NCBI RefSeq assembly: GCF_003428155.1
Contig: NZ_QLIR01000005.1
Location: 84,312-116,311, forward strand
Direction of reading: 5' to 3'
Source: Fastidiosibacter lacustris
GTDB lineage: Bacteria; Pseudomonadota; Gammaproteobacteria; Francisellales; Francisellaceae
Length of the DNA: 32,000 nt
Made by a program: the position numbers and the translations under genes
Shown here: positions 28,563-32,000 of the stretch, piece by piece
Numbering within the stretch: position 1 is the first letter of the stretch
Layout of the letters: the number at the start of each line of letters is the position of its first letter
The notes under the pieces: generated by a model
What the model was told of the DNA's origin: nothing
Seen by the model: the letters and a program-made list of their open reading frames with translations, nothing else
The model's database searches: none

Positions 28563-29756
28563 TCAGATAGCTAAGCTGTTGTAGTTTTTTGGTGTCTTAA
28601 ATTTAAAAATCAAAATAATTGCCAAAATATAAAAACAAGTAATCATGCCACCAAGTAAAATCAAATTTGGATACATTAAATTGGCAAAAATTAATGAAAG
28701 AGCAATAAAAAGGTCAAGACTAAGCCCATAAATGGACGATGCAACTGCATTATGGGATTTTTCTATGAGCAAGAAAGCAATAGTCGATGAATTGACGCTT
28801 ACTAATGCAGATGAGAAACCAAATAAAATTGCACTGATACCTATAATATAGATGGCAAGATTCACGGGAGCTAAATATGCAAAGATAAATAACAAACCGC
28901 TAAAAACTGCTACAAATGAAAATAATAAAGCGCTTTTCTCATAACTCATTATTCCATGTAGCCAACGAATATTTATCCAGCGGCCAATGGCACCAAAGAG
29001 GATAAGTAAAAAGGACAACCAACCGTAAATAATTGTGCTATAACCAAGTGTACTGATGACAATATAAGGTGTACAAATATAGAAAATTGACATCCCTGAC
29101 CAAGCAGCAGAAGTAATATAACAATAACTTAGAAACTTTATATTTTTAAGGATGTTAACCATTTTTTTGCGACTGGAAATTTTTTGGTCGCTTTCATGAG
29201 AAGGCGGATTTTTAAAGTAAATAAGTACAACAAATAAAGTTAAAATTGAAATAAGAATAACGCTATTAAAAACCGATTGCCAACCACCAAAGTAAACAAT
29301 ATAACCACCAATAAAGCCGGCGATAGAGGGGGCAACGTAGAATAAAAGTGTTAAGCTTTGCCAGGCTCTGACATATTCGTTGCCAGTCAGTAAATCTTTA
29401 GGAATGGCAATTGCAATAATGTATAAACCAGATGCACCAATCCCTTGTAAGATGCGTCCCAAATAAAAAATGTAAATGCTGTTTGCTAAAAGACAAATGA
29501 CACTGCCAAGAGCAACTACGCAAGCATATAATATGAGAGCTACTTTGCGACCAAATTTATCGCTGATAACTCCAGCAGGAATTGCAAAAACTGCTCCTGC
29601 TATAACAAATAAGGTAAGCGTTAATTGGCTTTGACTAACACTTACTGCAAAATCTTGCTGCAATAAAGGCAAGGCAGATATGTACATATCATAAGCACAA
29701 ACGTATACACCAACTAAAAAAATAGCGAAAAAATAAACGTAATTTTGTGCTTTCAT
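28563..29756 (-). CDS. MFS transporter, Bcr/CflA-like drug efflux family
   Basis: 12-TM pattern; DMYISALPLLQQDFAVSVSQSQLTLTLF, PAGVISDKFGRK, GRILQGIGASG, APSIAGFIGG. Confidence 0.85.
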   Translation of the reverse strand: MKAQNYVYFFAIFLVGVYVCAYDMYISALPLLQQDFAVSVSQSQLTLTLFVIAGAVFAIPAGVISDKFGRKVALILYACVVALGSVICLLANSIYIFYLGRILQGIGASGLYIIAIAIPKDLLTGNEYVRAWQSLTLLFYVAPSIAGFIGGYIVYFGGWQSVFNSVILISILTLFVVLIYFKNPPSHESDQKISSRKKMVNILKNIKFLSYCYITSAAWSGMSIFYICTPYIVISTLGYSTIIYGWLSFLLILFGAIGRWINIRWLHGIMSYEKSALLFSFVAVFSGLLFIFAYLAPVNLAIYIIGISAILFGFSSALVSVNSSTIAFLLIEKSHNAVASSIYGLSLDLFIALSLIFANLMYPNLILLGGMITCFYILAIILIFKFKTPKNYNSLAI

Positions 29757-29905
29757 GATGTTTTGAAATGAATGAGCTCTTTAAGTCAAAACAGTATAAC
29801 AGAAGGGGTTTGTAAATAAAGAGATAGCATGGTATTGTTAGCAATTGCTTTTAGTTAAGACTTTTATTATTTTCTAGTAGTAAGAAAACTCAGTAATTTA
29901 TTTAG

Positions 29906-31240
29906 TTATGCTTCTTTACGATTATGCAGATTCCAGCACAATGCAAGTAAAATAGTTGCAATGATGCTTGCTGTAAGTAAGAAAATAAATACTTCATTCC
30001 AACCATAATAAGCTGCAATTATGCCAATGACGGCTTGTGCGCCAACCGTTCCTAAAAAGTAGCCAAAAAGTCCAGTAAATCCAGCAGCTGTTCCTGCTGC
30101 TTTTTTTGGTACTAAATCTATTGCTAAAATACCAATTAAGGCTACAGGTCCATAAATCAATATTCCCATAGCGGATAGAGAAAGTAGCATTATCCAAGGT
30201 GTATTGCTTTGCCAATAAACAAATAATACAGCAATAAATAACACCATACAGATAACGCTCATGGGTGCGCGACGACCATTAAATAAACGGTCTGTTAACC
30301 AACCAATTAAAATTGTTCCAGGGATGGCAGGTAACTCAAATAAAGCAAAGCCAAGCAAACCTGTTGTCATAGACATATGTTTCACTTGTACAAGATAATA
30401 GGTGGACCAGCTTAAAAGGCCATAACGTGCACAATAAACAAATGCATTAGCAATTGCAATTGTCCAAATCCAAGGGTTGTTTAACACATGTTGAAAAAAT
30501 ATTGCTTTTGCGCCTAACTCTTTTTCTCGTTCTGCTTTGGTTTTAGCACATGCCACAGGTGGATAGTCATGGCTATAATCTTCAATTGGAGGTAAGCCGA
30601 CAGATTGAGGTGTATCTGCACCAAAAATGAGAATAAGCACGGCAATAGAAATACATAAAATTCCAGCAAGATAAAAAAGACCATGCCAATTGTCTTTAAA
30701 TAAAAATATACCTAATGGCACTACGCCGATTGCAAATATGCCTGCTCCAACGTTATGTGCGGTGTTCCATATCCCCATTTTGGTACCACGCTCTTTATCA
30801 CTAAACCAGTGGGTAATGATGCGCGCACATGCAGGCCACCCCATGCCCTGTCCCCAGCCGTTTAAAAACATTACAAAAAACATGATTGCAACACCAGCAT
30901 TTAAGAATGAAGGTAGAAGTAAATTTAAAGTACCAGAAATTAATAGCCCTGTTGCTAAGAAGACTTTAGCATGGCTGCGATCAGAGACATTCCCCATTAA
31001 GAATTTGCTCAAGCCATAAGCGATTCCTAAAGCAGCACCGATAAACCCAAGTTGATCGGTTGTTAAAGTAGTAATATATTGCTTAGAAATATCAAAGCTG
31101 CTGCGCCCAAAGTAATAGGTAAAATAGCCAATATAAGCGACCAAAAACATTCTTAATCGCCAATGTGGATAGAGTTTGGCAACTGTTGTAGCTGGTAACA
31201 TTGTGACCGCTTTAGCGGGTTTAAAAAAGTGTTGAATCAT
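29906..31240 (-). CDS. MFS transporter, organophosphate:phosphate antiporter family (GlpT/UhpT/UhpC-like)
   Basis: GYFTYYFGRSSFDISK, YGLSKFLMGNVSDRS, GWGQGMGWPACARIITHWFSDKERGTKMGIWNTAHNVG. Confidence 0.88.
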   Translation of the reverse strand: MIQHFFKPAKAVTMLPATTVAKLYPHWRLRMFLVAYIGYFTYYFGRSSFDISKQYITTLTTDQLGFIGAALGIAYGLSKFLMGNVSDRSHAKVFLATGLLISGTLNLLLPSFLNAGVAIMFFVMFLNGWGQGMGWPACARIITHWFSDKERGTKMGIWNTAHNVGAGIFAIGVVPLGIFLFKDNWHGLFYLAGILCISIAVLILIFGADTPQSVGLPPIEDYSHDYPPVACAKTKAEREKELGAKAIFFQHVLNNPWIWTIAIANAFVYCARYGLLSWSTYYLVQVKHMSMTTGLLGFALFELPAIPGTILIGWLTDRLFNGRRAPMSVICMVLFIAVLFVYWQSNTPWIMLLSLSAMGILIYGPVALIGILAIDLVPKKAAGTAAGFTGLFGYFLGTVGAQAVIGIIAAYYGWNEVFIFLLTASIIATILLALCWNLHNRKEA

Positions 31241-31512
31241 AAAATAATCATTTTTATTAAAAAAACAACGGTTGAGTTTAGTTTAAGTTGTTTTCAAAGT
31301 AATGCAATTTTAAATCTATAGAATAATGTAACATTTTATTGAAATTTTAAGAAGGGTTACACAAAAAGAGTATTGATCAATAAAACGTAGATAAATGTGC
31401 TTACACAAAAAAATACAAAACCACAAATAGTTGCATTGATGTACACACTTTTCTTGCTGAACTTAAAGATAGAATTACATTTTATATAGCGTTTAAATAG
31501 TACATTTGCAGT

Positions 31513-31538
31513 AAACCAAGTAATAAAACCAAGTAATA
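31513..31538. repeat. Perfect 13-bp tandem duplication (AAACCAAGTAATA x2)
   Basis: Read directly from sequence: 31513-31525 and 31526-31538. Confidence 0.85.
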
Positions 31539-31562
31539 ATTATGGTAATAATAAGTGATATG

Positions 31563-31616
31563 AAAAAACTAATTAGCATAAGCGTTAAGGTTTTTTATTA
31601 AGTGTCGTTATGCTAA
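31563..31616 (-). terminator. Candidate rho-independent terminator for the edge gene
   Basis: Perfect 9-bp inverted repeat TTAGCATAA (31573-31581) / TTATGCTAA (31608-31616) followed on the minus strand by TTAGTTTTTT (31572-31563); 44 nt downstream of the stop at 31661. Confidence 0.45.
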
Positions 31617-31660
31617 CGGAAATACGTAAAAAGTACAAGATGAGGCAAAGTGTGTGTGGA

Positions 31661-32000
31661 TTAATGAGAGTCAGAGCTGTTAGAGGGCATAGAATGTATT
31701 GAAGGCCCAACTATCTTCAAAGAGCGTGAAGATTCAGAAACGCTAGTCAATTCAGTGGAATCAGAAACTTGAGGGGTTTGATGAGAATGATGATTGTTAT
31801 TATTTGTATGTATAGCTTCAGTTGTCATTTTTTCATCAATTATTTCCGTTTGTATGCTATTCTGTTCCTCTACCATTTCAACTTTGATTTTATCTAAGGT
31901 AGGTTTGATGTCAGAATAAGCTTTATCGATTTCCTGGTTAAATTGACCTTGACTTTGTGCCTTTAACACTTCCTCTACCTTTTGCTGTAACTGATCTAGT
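31661..32000 (-). CDS. C-terminal part of a hypothetical coiled-coil/low-complexity protein running off the right edge
   Basis: Tracked GTG start at 31969 is not needed: the same frame stays open to the edge (LDQLQQKVEEVLKAQSQG...); C-terminus rich in Ser/Asn/His. Confidence 0.55.
   Translation of the reverse strand, partial: LDQLQQKVEEVLKAQSQGQFNQEIDKAYSDIKPTLDKIKVEMVEEQNSIQTEIIDEKMTTEAIHTNNNNHHSHQTPQVSDSTELTSVSESSRSLKIVGPSIHSMPSNSSDSH

Noticed and set aside
30690-31019. 109-aa plus-strand ORF inside the organophosphate antiporter gene
   Set aside because: Antisense to a conserved MFS region; sequence is proline/isoleucine-rich as expected for reverse reading of TM codons.

Overview
AT-rich chromosomal window that reads as a gammaproteobacterium (lineage inferred from the RecG, LptM, RlmB, GyrB and SufT types; not tested). 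Most of it is ordinary housekeeping: recG, an AsmA-like gene, lptM plus a probable outer-membrane barrel gene, rlmB, ung, gyrB, sufA-like, sufT, coaD, cardiolipin synthase plus an EEP-family gene, a GT39-like membrane protein, a DUF2147-type protein, lpoB-like and COG3014-like lipoproteins, acs and two MFS transporters. I see no CRISPR array, tRNA/rRNA, transposase, phage or recognisable defence system. The best signal is a compact six-gene arginine biosynthesis cluster at 7789-15033, in the order [GNAT-argG fusion]-argC-argF'-argB-argE-argH. Its proteins look like the Bacteroidetes versions. Its carbamoyltransferase carries the KPEH loop that, from recalled literature, marks N-succinyl-L-ornithine carbamoyltransferase. 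The predicted first enzyme (a GNAT N-acylglutamate synthase) is fused in frame to argininosuccinate synthase, yet a strong Shine-Dalgarno and ATG remain exactly at the domain junction. argD is missing from the cluster. Other observations: LptM translationally coupled by ATGA overlap to a barrel protein, a 220-nt gap between two lipoprotein genes, and a truncated coiled-coil/low-complexity gene at the right edge whose tracked start is an artefact of the ORF caller.
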